DNA of 61,085 nucleotides from Octopus bimaculoides. Taxonomy: Eukaryota. The notes beneath the pieces were generated by a model that was given only the letters and a program-made list of their open reading frames with translations, searched no databases and was not told the origin of the DNA. The stretch is from assembly GCF_001194135.2 (NCBI RefSeq), contig NC_068983.1, forward strand, positions 44,507,336 to 44,568,420. The letters are read 5' to 3'. The position numbers were made by a program, and so were the translations under genes. This document shows, one piece after another, positions 50,655 to 61,085 of this stretch (position 1 is the stretch's first letter; each line of letters opens with the position of its first letter).

Positions 50655-50946
50655 ATTGGCAAATCAAAACATCAAACCTTACTGCTAACTCATGCATAGT
50701 TTGAAATGCATCCACTTCCACTACAGTTTCCAGTTCATCATTATCTACCTTGGTCTCAGGTCTACCATGGGGCTGACCTTCAAGAGTAAAGTCACCAAAC
50801 TGGAACTTCTCAAACCATTGACATGCAGCAAGCTCATTCGCCACATCTTCACCAAACACCTCATTGATGTTTTGAGCTGTTTGGGATGCATTGGTTACAC
50901 GATGGGACTCATATTCAAAAACAACATAAATTTTTTATTTATCCAT
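50655..50946 (-). mobile_element. Mariner transposase N-terminal (HTH) fossil
   Basis: MDK*KIY...AQNINEVFGEDVANE...QWFEKFQFGDFTLEGQPHGRPETKVDNDELETVVEVD. Confidence 0.8.
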
Positions 50947-51261
50947 GGGTTCACAAAAATTGATTTACAAAGGGAAAACGTATAATATAAACAGACTCAA
51001 TGACTTGCATTTCAAAAAATGATGATGTAACTCTTCAATGTTGTAAAACAAAGAATTGTTACGATGAAACATTAGAGTTAACAACTGTCAAACTTGGTAC
51101 ATAAGAAAATTGGACATTTCATTTTTAATGACAGACTCTACCAACTGCCAGGGTTGCAAGCTAGAGGTAGTAGGTAGCTTGCGGTATCTAGGCAACCAGG
51201 TTAATAGTGGAGGTGGATGTTCTGAGAGCATAGCTGTGAGAATAAGATTAGGTTGAGCAAA

Positions 51262-51395
51262 GTTCAGTGAGTACTACCCCTGCTGGCAACAAAAGGCCTC
51301 TCTCTCAGAGTGAAAGGCAGACTGTTTGATACCTATGTGTGAACAGCAATGCTGCATGGTAGTGAAACATGGGCTGGCTTTATGCCAAAATCTGA
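51262..51395 (+). mobile_element. RTE LINE fragment (LLPLLATKGLSLRVKGRLFDTYV*TAMLHGSETW)
   Basis: Contains the post-RT MLHGSETW motif. Confidence 0.65.
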
Positions 51396-51707
51396 AATCA
51401 TTATTAAGAAGATGGAAAAATGGCAGAATCATCAGTGCACTGGACAAAATGTTTAGTGATGTTTTCTTCTGGTTCTTTACATTCTCAGCTCAAATCCTGC
51501 CAAGATAAACTTTGCCATTTAGCCTTCAGGAGGTTATTGTAATCATCATTTAATGTTTGCCTTCCATACTGGCATAGTTGGGATGGCTTGACAGGGGCCA
51601 GCCAGGCAGAAGCCTGCACCAGAGTTCTGTGACTGCTTTGGCAGGATTTTTACAGCTGGATACTCTTCCTAACACCAACTATCCAGCAGAGTGGACTTAG
51701 CTTTCTA

Positions 51708-52170
51708 TGTGGCACAAGCATTGGCGAGGTGACACAAGTACAGGCGAGGTTGGCACAAGCACAAGCAAGGTGGCACAATCACAGGTAAGGTTGGCACAAG
51801 CACAGGCAAGGTAGCACAATCACAGGCAAGGTGGAACAAGCACAGGTGAGATGGCACAAGCACAGGTGAGGTGGCACAAGCACAGGTGAGATGGCACAAG
51901 CACAGGCGAGGTGGTACAAGCATAGGCGAGGTGTCACAAGCACGGGCAAAGTGGTACAAGCACAATTGAGGTGGCACAAGCACAGACGAGGTGACACAAA
52001 CACAGGCAAGGTGGTACATGCACAAGTGGGGTTGGCACAAGCACAAGTGAGGTGGCACAAGCACGGGTGAGGTAGCACAATCACAGGCAAGGTAGCACAA
52101 GCACAAGTGAGATGGCACAAGCACAGGCGAGGTGGCACAAGCACAGGTGAGGTGGCACAAGCACAGGCAA
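51708..52170. repeat. 20-bp minisatellite (consensus about CACAGGTGAGGTGGCACAAG), about 23 units
   Basis: Visible 20-bp periodicity. Confidence 0.9.
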
Positions 52171-52289
52171 AATAAAGTACCAGTTGCACACTAGATTAGC
52201 TTCACAGACTCATAATTGTTGACTGATTTCATGTAGAAGTGTTTAATATAAAATATCATTTTTGTCTTCCCTCAAAAATTAATAAATAA

Positions 52290-54590
52290 TGGATGATGCA
52301 TACAACAAGGTTTACAAGGAGCTGAAACAGATATTTGTCAAATGGATGTTGTGAAAGCAGTAAACAGTAAGACTGTAATGAGATCTTGGTTAGTTTAATC
52401 CAAAGAGCAAAGGCTGGATATAGTGTTTTTATTTGTACATACTTTTCTAAATAACAAATATGTAATTTGTAACAATTGTGTTTTCTGATTGGCTGTTTAT
52501 ACTTACAACTTTAAACAGCACGAAGACATGGAACATAAGATGATACGTTGTGCTGGATAACAAGAGAATCAAATAAAAACACTATGGATCAACAGCTGCA
52601 AGAACAGATACAAAAAAATAAACATGCAGTATCATTTTGAAGAAGTAAAATGATTTACTGCCATCATGAAGACATTTGGCATTTAGTGAAACACTTAGTA
52701 TTTAGAGGTTATTTAGGAGAAGTGGGGGGTCTCCGAAAATAATGGAAACTTCCTAGGGACATTGAACTTATTGCAGAGTTTGACCCATTTTACATGGACA
52801 TCTTGAGAATTGTAAAAATAAAGAAAGGAAAGGTTATTTATCTATCCAAAACTGTGTTATGAAGAATTGATGGAAATCAAGTGCCAGGTGGAACTGAAAA
52901 TGAAATCAACCAAGTACACCTGACTTGACATATGCTGACCAGATGGAAATTGTGATTTGATGCTGCTATAATGGAAAACCCTAGAGATTCTTAACATTTT
53001 CACTGATAGAAAACTATTTGTCCATAATCTTGTTCAACAAAATATATAATCACAAAATGGACATAAGCTTTTATTTGATATTAGTCATACAATTATAGGA
53101 AAGTGGGTTATACATCATTAGGTGTACACCCAATTTCCTATATTAAATTAGAATGAACGGAACGCTGAACTCCAAACTATCAACTCAACAATATTTATTC
53201 ATGGTGGAATATATACAGCTTTATTCTTGGTTGTTGAGACGTCTTCTGTGTGTAAGAACATGGTTGTTGGGACGTTGGTATGTTGATGTGAGCTGTCTAG
53301 CGTGAGTTCGAAAGATGGAGAGAGACAGCTAGACACGTCCTTGCTCAATGCCGGCCAGGCGAGAAAAGAGACAGAATAAAGCGGGAAAGCTTGGATGTTG
53401 AATTCCACGCATGCGTGAGACTACGCATGCGCACAGCGTTACTACACAATCATGGTTTCAACATGAAAAGCTCAGAGAACTCTTAAAAAACATTAAAAGA
53501 CATGTAGACCATGTACCATGTGCAGACTATTCAAGTAATCCTATAGAAAAAAAGGCAATGTCCATTGTACATGAAGTTTTTGAATATTTTGACATTTTGC
53601 AAGAACTGCATGTTTTTTTTTTTTGTTTTTTTTTTTTCCTGAAAATCCCCAACATGCTTAAAATAGCATTTTCTGGAGGATTTCAAACACAGGATAATCT
53701 AACTTTATTTTGAAGAGCCTAAGTGTAAGCAGATGGTAAGCACATTAAGAAGCAGTAAACAATTAAATCACCGGTATTTTACAAAGTCTCAAATATATTT
53801 TTGAAAACTGGAAAGAAAAGCCTGAATGAGATACAAAGAATTCATACTGCAAATTGATAAAGTTGGACTTGGAAAATGCTCTTGTAACAGTAGCTTAGGA
53901 AGAAGTGTTGGAGAATTTCATCAAAACCAGAAACTCCAAATCTCTGGTTTTTTATGTATCTGAAAGCCATCTTTTATAATGTTTACTTTTGTTTATAAAA
54001 GAGAAAAGTTAGACAAGACTGCACTCTGGGAATCACAAATAACAATGTTTGAATGAAGACGGCACCTCAAGTTATTCTCAGTGCTACAAAGAAATTATCA
54101 GATAGAACAAGACAGAGCTTCTTTGAGATGAGATAAATTTAAGATAGAAATTCTAAATCAAATCTATAACTGTTTGGTACTTCGCTTATATAAGATTGGC
54201 TTGTATGAGCGGATTGCAAAACAAATTCAAGTTCCTCTCAGAATTGGTAACCAATACTGAAACTGATGAGGATGATATTAAACTTATTATTACAAAGATA
54301 ATAGTGACCACAAATTAGTAAACAAATGTTATCAGTTCAGAGACTATTAGCAACTTGGGAAACCTCAGAACCCAAAAGGAAATTTGTCATCCAAAATGCA
54401 ATACATAGGAATTCAACTTATTTTTGAGCAACACTTCATTGAAATGTTCTGCAATATTACTACTACACTTGAGCTGTACTTGACAATGTCTAACGAGAGT
54501 TGTTAATCAGAAAGGAATTTCTCAAAGTGAGCCTTTATAAGGAACAAATTTTGGTTTACCATAGCTGAAAAGTGTATAAATTCTTCATCC
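52290..54590 (+). mobile_element. Degenerate hAT (ZMYM1-like/Tip100-type) transposase interrupted by a solo LTR
   Basis: Frame-broken remnants: RSWLV/FSDW (TTF zinc finger), NNGNFLGTL-LIAEFDPF, HVPCADYSSN...LQELHVFF, LKSLSVSRW, SERNFSKVSL (dimerization domain). Confidence 0.7.
53094..53446 (-). mobile_element. Solo LTR of the same family as 6982/8314, TSD CAAT
   Basis: Reverse complement aligns with 8314-8632; CAAT at 53090-53093 and 53447-53450. Confidence 0.7.
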
Positions 54591-54880
54591 ATAAAATAGA
54601 GTAAAGACTCCTTTGGTCATGAATAACCATGGGATTACACCTAGAAAGTTACCCTTTGAAGCAAGGTTCTCTGTAGAAGACCAGCAATCGCCCATGCATA
54701 CCAGCCTCCCCTTTCCAAGCTACTAATGTTGTCCAAGGTAAGGGCAAAGGCCAATACAACATGGCACCAATGATGTCGCAACTCATTTCTACAGCTGAGT
54801 GAACTGGAGCAATGTGAAATAAAGTGTCTTGCTCAAGAACACAATACATGGCCCAGTCTGGGAATTGAACTCACAACTTC

Positions 54881-55705
54881 ACGACTGTAAGCCTGATGCT
54901 CTAACCACTGAGCCATGTGACTTCACAATCAATAAAATATTTCTTAGAAAAACATTGCAATGAAGCACTCGTACTACAAAGAGTACATGTATTGTTTTAT
55001 ACCTTTATCTGTTTCAGTTATTTGACCGTAGCCATGCTGGAGCACTGCTTTTAGTTGAACAAATCAACCCCAGGACTTATTCTTTGTAAGCCTAGTACTC
55101 GTTCTGTCGGTCTCTTTTACTGAACCACTAAGTTACAGGGATGTAAATACATCACCAATGGTTGTCAAGCAATGGTTGGGGGACAAACACAGACATACAC
55201 ACACACACACACATATATATACAACAGGCTTCTTTCAGTTTCCATCTACCAAATCCACTCACAAGGATTTGATCAGCCCAAGGCTATAGTAGGAGACACT
55301 TGCCCAAGGTGCCATGCAGTGTGACTGAACCTGGAACCATGTGGCTGGTAAGCAAGTGACTTACCACACAGCCACTCCTGCACCTTATGTAACAAAAATA
55401 AAAAATAAATAATAAAGAAAAAGGATTTTGTAAAATGCACTTCATGTAGTACTCTTAGCGGTTCAGCAAAAGAGACCGATAGAACGAGTACTAGGCTTAC
55501 AAAGAATAAGTCCTGGGGTTGATTTGTTCAACTAAAAGCAGTGCTCCAGCATGGCTACGGTCAAATAACTGAAACAAATAAAGGTATAAAACAATACATG
55601 TACTCTTTGTAGTACGAGTGCTTCATTGCAATGTTTTTCTAAGAAATATTTTAATGATTGTGAAGTCACATGGCTCAGTGATTAGAGCATCAGGCTTACA
55701 ATCGT
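54881..55705. repeat. 252-bp inverted duplication (54881-55132 / 55454-55705)
   Basis: Arms are near-identical reverse complements and span a junction between two different SINEs. Confidence 0.85.
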
Positions 55706-56552
55706 ACCTATAGGTGTATGCAAAGATTATATTTGCAGTGGTCCTGCTGTTACAGCAACCATTCTACAATGCTTGACGTATGTATATAAACCATCCCTAG
55801 TATTCATCCACTTATAACTATGAAATTATAAGGTACAGGGAATTTTTATTTATACTGGTGACTTTGACATGTGAGGTAACCCATTACAGCAAGTTTAATG
55901 AAACTGAGATATAGCAGTTGAATTGTTAAAAAGGACTGTGATCTACCATGGAAAAAAATTATTGAGATCAGTCAGACCTAGTTGTCAGTAGGAAGAGGTA
56001 CACTGCATGGCTCCATTTTCAAGAACCTCACTCCATCACTTTGTTCTCTACCTTTAAGACCTCCAACAAGTTCCAAAGGGGCTTACTTGAAAGGGCAGTA
56101 TGACCTTTCAAAATTTGTTGGATGTTGCCCTATTATCACAGGTTGTGAAGGGCCCTTCAACTAACAGTTTAAGTTTCAGGCCCCACAAAATATAGGCCCA
56201 CCACTGTAAATAAATATATGAATTCGAGCGAGGTGGTTGCCATTCAAGCGAGGTCGTTGCCAGTGCCGCTGGACTGGCCCCTGTGCAGGTGGCACGTAAA
56301 AAACACCATTTTGAGCGTGGCTGTTGCCAGTACCGTGTGACTGGCCTTGTGCCGGTAGCACGTAAAAGCACCCACTACACTCTCGGAGTGGTTGGCGTTA
56401 GGAAGGGCATCCAGCTGTAGAAACTTTGCCAGATCAGATTGGAGCCTGGTGCAGCCATCTGGTTCACCAGTCCTCAGTCAAATCATCCAACCCATGCTAG
56501 CATGGAAGGCGGACGTTAAACTATGATGATGATGATGATGAGTTTGTGAGAG

Positions 56553-56590
<38 letters not shown>

Positions 56591-56862
56591 TACAGAAATT
56601 TTTCCTTTCACATCTATACAGAATTTCCAAATGATTTTCTTTCTTTTTCTTTTTTTTTTTTTGATATTTCCTAATAAACAGGTTTTCCAACTTTAAATTG
56701 TAATAATGCTGAGTTACTCCCCAACAAGAATTTTTAATCACTCGTATCTATATCAGAATTTTTTTTCAGTCCACTTTTTATATTATCACTCTGTGTTTAT
56801 CAAATAGATAAGGTTTATCATTTTTTTGATATAGGAATAAAACATGACACAATTACACTGGT

Positions 56863-56893
<31 letters not shown>

Positions 56894-56930
56894 TTCTCAT
56901 ATATGAATAACCTATGCAGATGCACACACT

Positions 56931-57219
56931 TCAAAACTTCATTGGCATTAAACTTTGAATAATGCAATCAAAGTTTGCTCTTTTTTGAGGCTTATATTCC
57001 CAACACGTCTTCATTAGCTCATAATGTTTTTCAGAACACTTTTCTGGTTTAGGAAGACGCTGCCCAGTCTGCCATGCATGTATGTAGTTTTCTTTGGCAA
57101 ATTTTACATTAGGTAGTATAGGCCGTTTTCCAGAGGTGAAACATTCCCACATCAGTACACCATAACTCCAAACATCAGCTTGAGTTGTGATTTCATTGTT
57201 AATAACTTCAGGAGCAGAC
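56931..57219 (-). CDS. Protein tyrosine kinase, last exon (W-SAPEVINNEITTQADVWSYGVLMWECFTSGKRP...CWEYKPQKRANF...MKF*)
   Basis: APE, DVWSYG and CW...R motifs. AAG acceptor after a pyrimidine tract; phase 2 completes the Trp codon. Syk/Shark/JAK-like, but the family is not resolvable. Upstream exons were not found in the window. Confidence 0.92.
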
Positions 57220-57639
57220 CTTCAGAAAAATAAAGTGAGAGAAAAAGAAGTTTTAGTTTCCAGAATTGATTCCCAGTCTCTTTCTCCAAAATGGAAAAAG
57301 GCTGAGTGAGGGAAAAACAAAAGAGTAAAAAATAAAGATTTGTAATGTTATTATTGAGACCTGAGTTGCCTCTAAGCATAATTTCAGGCGTAATATCTCT
57401 AATAATTTATTACCCTATAATTGGGTTATGATTTGAGGTAAAATTTGGCTGCTATTCCTTGTAAATTAGAACAAAAACAGAGAGCTTCCTTAGTTAGGCT
57501 AAGATCTGAGGGATAATTTAGCTACTATGTTGTGCAGTTCAAGTAACCATAAAGAATTTACTTTATTGGCTTATTAGTTGCACAGAATTATCAGTAGAAC
57601 TAATAAAGCAAGCAGAGAACAGTTCAAATAACTTTCATT

Positions 57640-58075
57640 TTCAAACTTTTCAAACGCCACCTGTCTAACCACCTTTTCAAACTCCACCTGTTTTAATACA
57701 CCTTTTCAAACTCCACCTGTCTAACACCCGTGGACATGTTTACAAAGTCAGAAAACAGCACAGCTCCCATGACTTTCAGAAACATTTTTTCATGCTAAAA
57801 GTTGCTGAAGTATGGAACAAACTGCCAGCATCAGTTGTTAGTTGTTGGAGCTCTGCATCCTTCAAAACTTCCATGCTTTCTGAGATTCGCCAACACTACA
57901 CCTGATTTTCTTCCCTCCATACACACGCAAGCATGTATCTGACTCATACACTGTTCACTTTCCAGACATTTGTACAATACTGCATATGCTTTATATGCAC
58001 TTTCGACAAGTTGTAGTGCACCTGAGCACTGTATACAATAATTTCAATATTATTATTATTATTATTATTATTATT
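57640..58075 (+). mobile_element. CR1/L2-type LINE 3' end with (ATT)n tail
   Basis: TRGHVYKVRKQ...KHFFMLKVAEVWNKLPASVV...FK; three copies of a ~30-bp repeat at its 5' edge. Confidence 0.7.
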
Positions 58076-58911
58076 TCTAGCAATCATCACCCTGGTATGG
58101 GTTGGGTGGTTCAACAGGAGCTAGCAAACCAAAGGACCGTGCAAAGCTCCAATGTCTGCTTTGGTATTGTTTCTACAGTTGGATACCAGCCACTTTACAG
58201 ATTGTATTGGATGCTTCTTACATGGCACCAACACCAATGAAGTCACCAAGTAACTTGCAAGACAAGATCCCTCAAAATAAGAGGGGAATAGTGCTCAGAA
58301 AGGTGGATTTATGCCAAATGACGAGAGGTCAAAGTATGATAGACAGGAGTTGGTGTTTTGATGTAGGGTAGATATATGGTTACCCCAGATAGAAAGTGAG
58401 ATAAGATGGTGACGAAGATGTGTTAGAGCATACTCTCTTCTTCATCATCATCATTTATGGTCTGTTTTCCAAGCTAGTATAGCTTAGACAGTTTAATAGA
58501 ATCCAACAAGTCATAGAATTTTGTCAAGCTCCTATGTCAGCTTTGGCATGGTTTATATGGCTGGATGGCCCTCCTAAATAACAACCACTTTACAAGGTGT
58601 ACTGGGTACTTTTTATATGGCACCAGCACTAGTGCAGTTGCCAAGTAATTTGCAAGACAGGAAAGAATAAAAAAAAGAGAATATGGGACAAAAGGAAAAA
58701 GCCCTCTTAAGTTGTAATGGAGTATCTGAGAGGGTGGAGAGGTGATGTTTTTTTTATGCCAGGGAAAGCAGAGATGTCTTGCTATAGAGAAAATACAGAA
58801 CTACTCTGCATTTATATATATAGGTGGGAGCATCTGGTAAAAAGTTAAGATAGTGGAAGCATGTTACAAAAAGGAACAAATAGAAACAAAACAATAAGAA
58901 ACACTTCATAC

Positions 58912-59078
58912 CAGCATAGTGGGAGACTCCGTTCAGATTTTACTTTATATACATCTGAATCCATTTGTTTGGCCAAACCAAAATCAGTAATCTTCACATG
59001 TGTGTCAACAGTAAGTAAAATATTACGAGCTGCTAAATCCAGATGAGTAATATGTTTTGATTGAAGATAACGCATTCC
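58912..59078 (-). CDS. Protein tyrosine kinase, penultimate exon, subdomains VIa-VIII ([22 protein letters not shown]...DFGLAK...SLPLCW)
   Basis: DLAARN and DFG are TK signatures. CAG acceptor (59081-59079) and GTATGA donor; phase 0 to 2. Confidence 0.93.
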
Positions 59079-59083
59079 CTGGA

Positions 59084-59124
59084 ATAATAATAATAATAAT
59101 AATAATAACAATAATAATAATAAC

Positions 59125-59160
<36 letters not shown>

Positions 59161-59165
59161 TAATA
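59084..59165. repeat. (AAT)n tract abutting the kinase exon acceptor
   Basis: Direct observation. Confidence 0.95.
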
Positions 59166-59720
59166 AATGCCTGGATGCAGTACCAGGCAGTGGCTCTCAT
59201 GGCTTCTTGTCTTAATTGATTGGAAGTGTTATCATGTACATTGTTTTGTCTTGGTATAAAAGATGGGATACAGCAAATATTCTGCTCAGTACCACAGATT
59301 TGCTTGTCAGTTGTTTGACCTTAACCAGTTGAGCATGTCTCTTGGTGGCAGACGATATGTGCATCTCTGATCATGAGCAGACGTAGTGGGGGAGCATCAT
59401 AGCCATGTGTTGAGAGGAATTCTTTGGGGTTTGAATAAATCACCTTTGGAAACATGGGTGTTTTGCTCAACATCCTTAAACAAACTTTATTCAGGGTCAT
59501 TTTGAGTGAGATGGGCTACTCGACCTGAACATAAAGGAAACTGGAATAGAGTGCCCAGTAGATCTGTTACAAAAGGTTTGTCTCCTTGGCATGGCCAGAA
59601 TAATCAAGGAAGTATTAGATAGTTGAAAAGAAGAGATAGCATGGTAGAATAGGCTGCAGGCAGCAAGCCTGCTACATATGCAAGACTCCAGGAGTTCCAA
59701 CAAAACCAGAGAAAAAAAGA
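59166..59720. mobile_element. Repeat with an R4/Dong-type C-terminal remnant (LQKVCLLGMARIIKEVLDS*, + strand about 59567-59626) between (AAT)n tracts
   Basis: Translated remnant plus (AAT)n flanks at 59084-59165 and 59721-59733. Confidence 0.45.
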
Positions 59721-59859
59721 AATAATAATAATAGTCCTTTCTACTATAGGCACAAGGCCTGAAATTTTTGGGGAGGGGACTAGTTGATTACATCAGTCCC
59801 AATGTTTCACTGGTACTTAATTTATCAACCCTGAAAGGATGAATGGCAAAGTCAACCTC

Positions 59860-60510
59860 TGCAGCATAAGATAATAGAGATAAACATGCTAGCCATACTA
59901 ATCATAAATTACAGGTTCAACATAATAAACTGGAAGATCAGTGAACTGAGAAGCTTAGATAGAAAAACAAGAAAAGTGTTAACAGCAAACCGAAGTCACC
60001 ACCCCAAAGCAGAAGCAGACAGCATATATCTACCCCACTCAGGATGCCATAGCCTGACACAAATAGAGAACTACTATAAAATAATGACAGTTGGACTAGA
60101 AAGATACTTAGAGACAAAAAGTGGAAGACTGCTACATGTAATAAAGTAACACAAGAAAAAGAGAATGCTTTTCTCTATACATAAGAAGGGGACAAAATAC
60201 AAAATAGAAACAAACTACATTGATATGCTAATCTCAGATGACAACATGACAGAAATAGTCAAAAAGACAAAAATCAAACATGAAAACAGAACTACAAAAC
60301 ATACTAAAGAAGAAACGGAGAGAAAAATCACTTCATGGCCAATACCCTGCAAGGCTTGACAGAGAAGTGAATAATGACTCAAAAGCTCTGGACTAAAAGC
60401 TGAAATGGAAGGACTGATTTTTTTCTGCACAAGACCAATGCCTGACTAAAAAACAATTACAAAAGCAAAATAATGAAACAGGCCCAAACACCATGATACT
60501 ATCAATTTAA
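59860..60510 (+). mobile_element. R4/Dong-like non-LTR fragment, post-RT region, degraded
   Basis: INWKISELRSLDRKTRKVLT..HHPKAEADSIYLP; downstream remnants like HGQYP and GLKAEMEGLIF..QDQCL. Confidence 0.7.
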
Positions 60511-61046
60511 TAATACAACCCAGACAAAACTATCCACAAACATAAGACACACTTTATACAGCAAATATCCAATACAATAAACCACCACCATGCATGGCAT
60601 TAGGAATGGCAGCCAGCCATAGAAAACCTTGCCAAATCAGACTAGAGACTGGTGCAGCCTTCCAGCTTACTAGCCCCAGTCAAAACCGTCCAACTCATGC
60701 CAGCATGGACAATGTACATTAAATGATGATGATGATGATGATATATATACATGCATTTATATGCATATTGAAACTGTGTAGTTGGGAGTGAAACTTCTTA
60801 ATCATACAACCATACTCTTTACTCTTTTACTTGTTTCAGTCATTTGACTGTGGCCATGCTGGAGCACCACCTTTAGTCAAGCAAATCGACCCCAGGACTT
60901 ATTCTTTGTATGCCTAGTACTTATTTTATCGGTCTCTTTTGCCGAACTGCTAAGTTACAGGGACGTAAACACACCCCCATCGGTTGTCAAGCGATGTTGG
61001 GAGGACAAACACAGACACACACATACATACATATATATATATATAT

Positions 61047-61085
<39 letters not shown>

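Noticed and set aside
51705-52189. Cys/Leu-rich ORFs and a possible CRISPR-like array
   Set aside because: Tandem 20-bp units with no unique spacers; a eukaryotic minisatellite.

Overview
AT-rich, microsatellite- and SINE-dense animal genomic scaffold with about eleven N-gaps. The repeat families look like Octopus (inference; species not provable here). Three protein-coding loci are supported. (1) A nearly complete + strand SKIV2L/SKIC2 (Ski2 DExH exosome-cofactor helicase) gene at 12001-48994: 23 visible coding exons that I spliced by hand into one frame-consistent 1206-aa ORF, with one GC-AG intron and about 90 aa missing, probably in gaps. (2) The last two exons of a - strand tyrosine kinase (56931-59078) with HLD instead of HRD in the catalytic loop. 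(3) A single - strand exon of N-acetylneuraminate lyase (NPL, 3942-3999) whose genomic acceptor reads CAA instead of CAG. The rest is transposon-derived: SINEs, RTE, CR1/L2, R4/Dong and Penelope fragments, LTRs with TSDs, hAT, mariner and piggyBac-like MITEs, and a fossil hAT transposase. The most notable hidden signal is a set of minimal hammerhead-ribozyme motifs: three with intact cores (842, 31117, 38205) and three degenerate ones, mostly in SKIV2L introns. All calls were made by eye without searches. Comparisons with human proteins and family consensus motifs are from memory and need confirmation.
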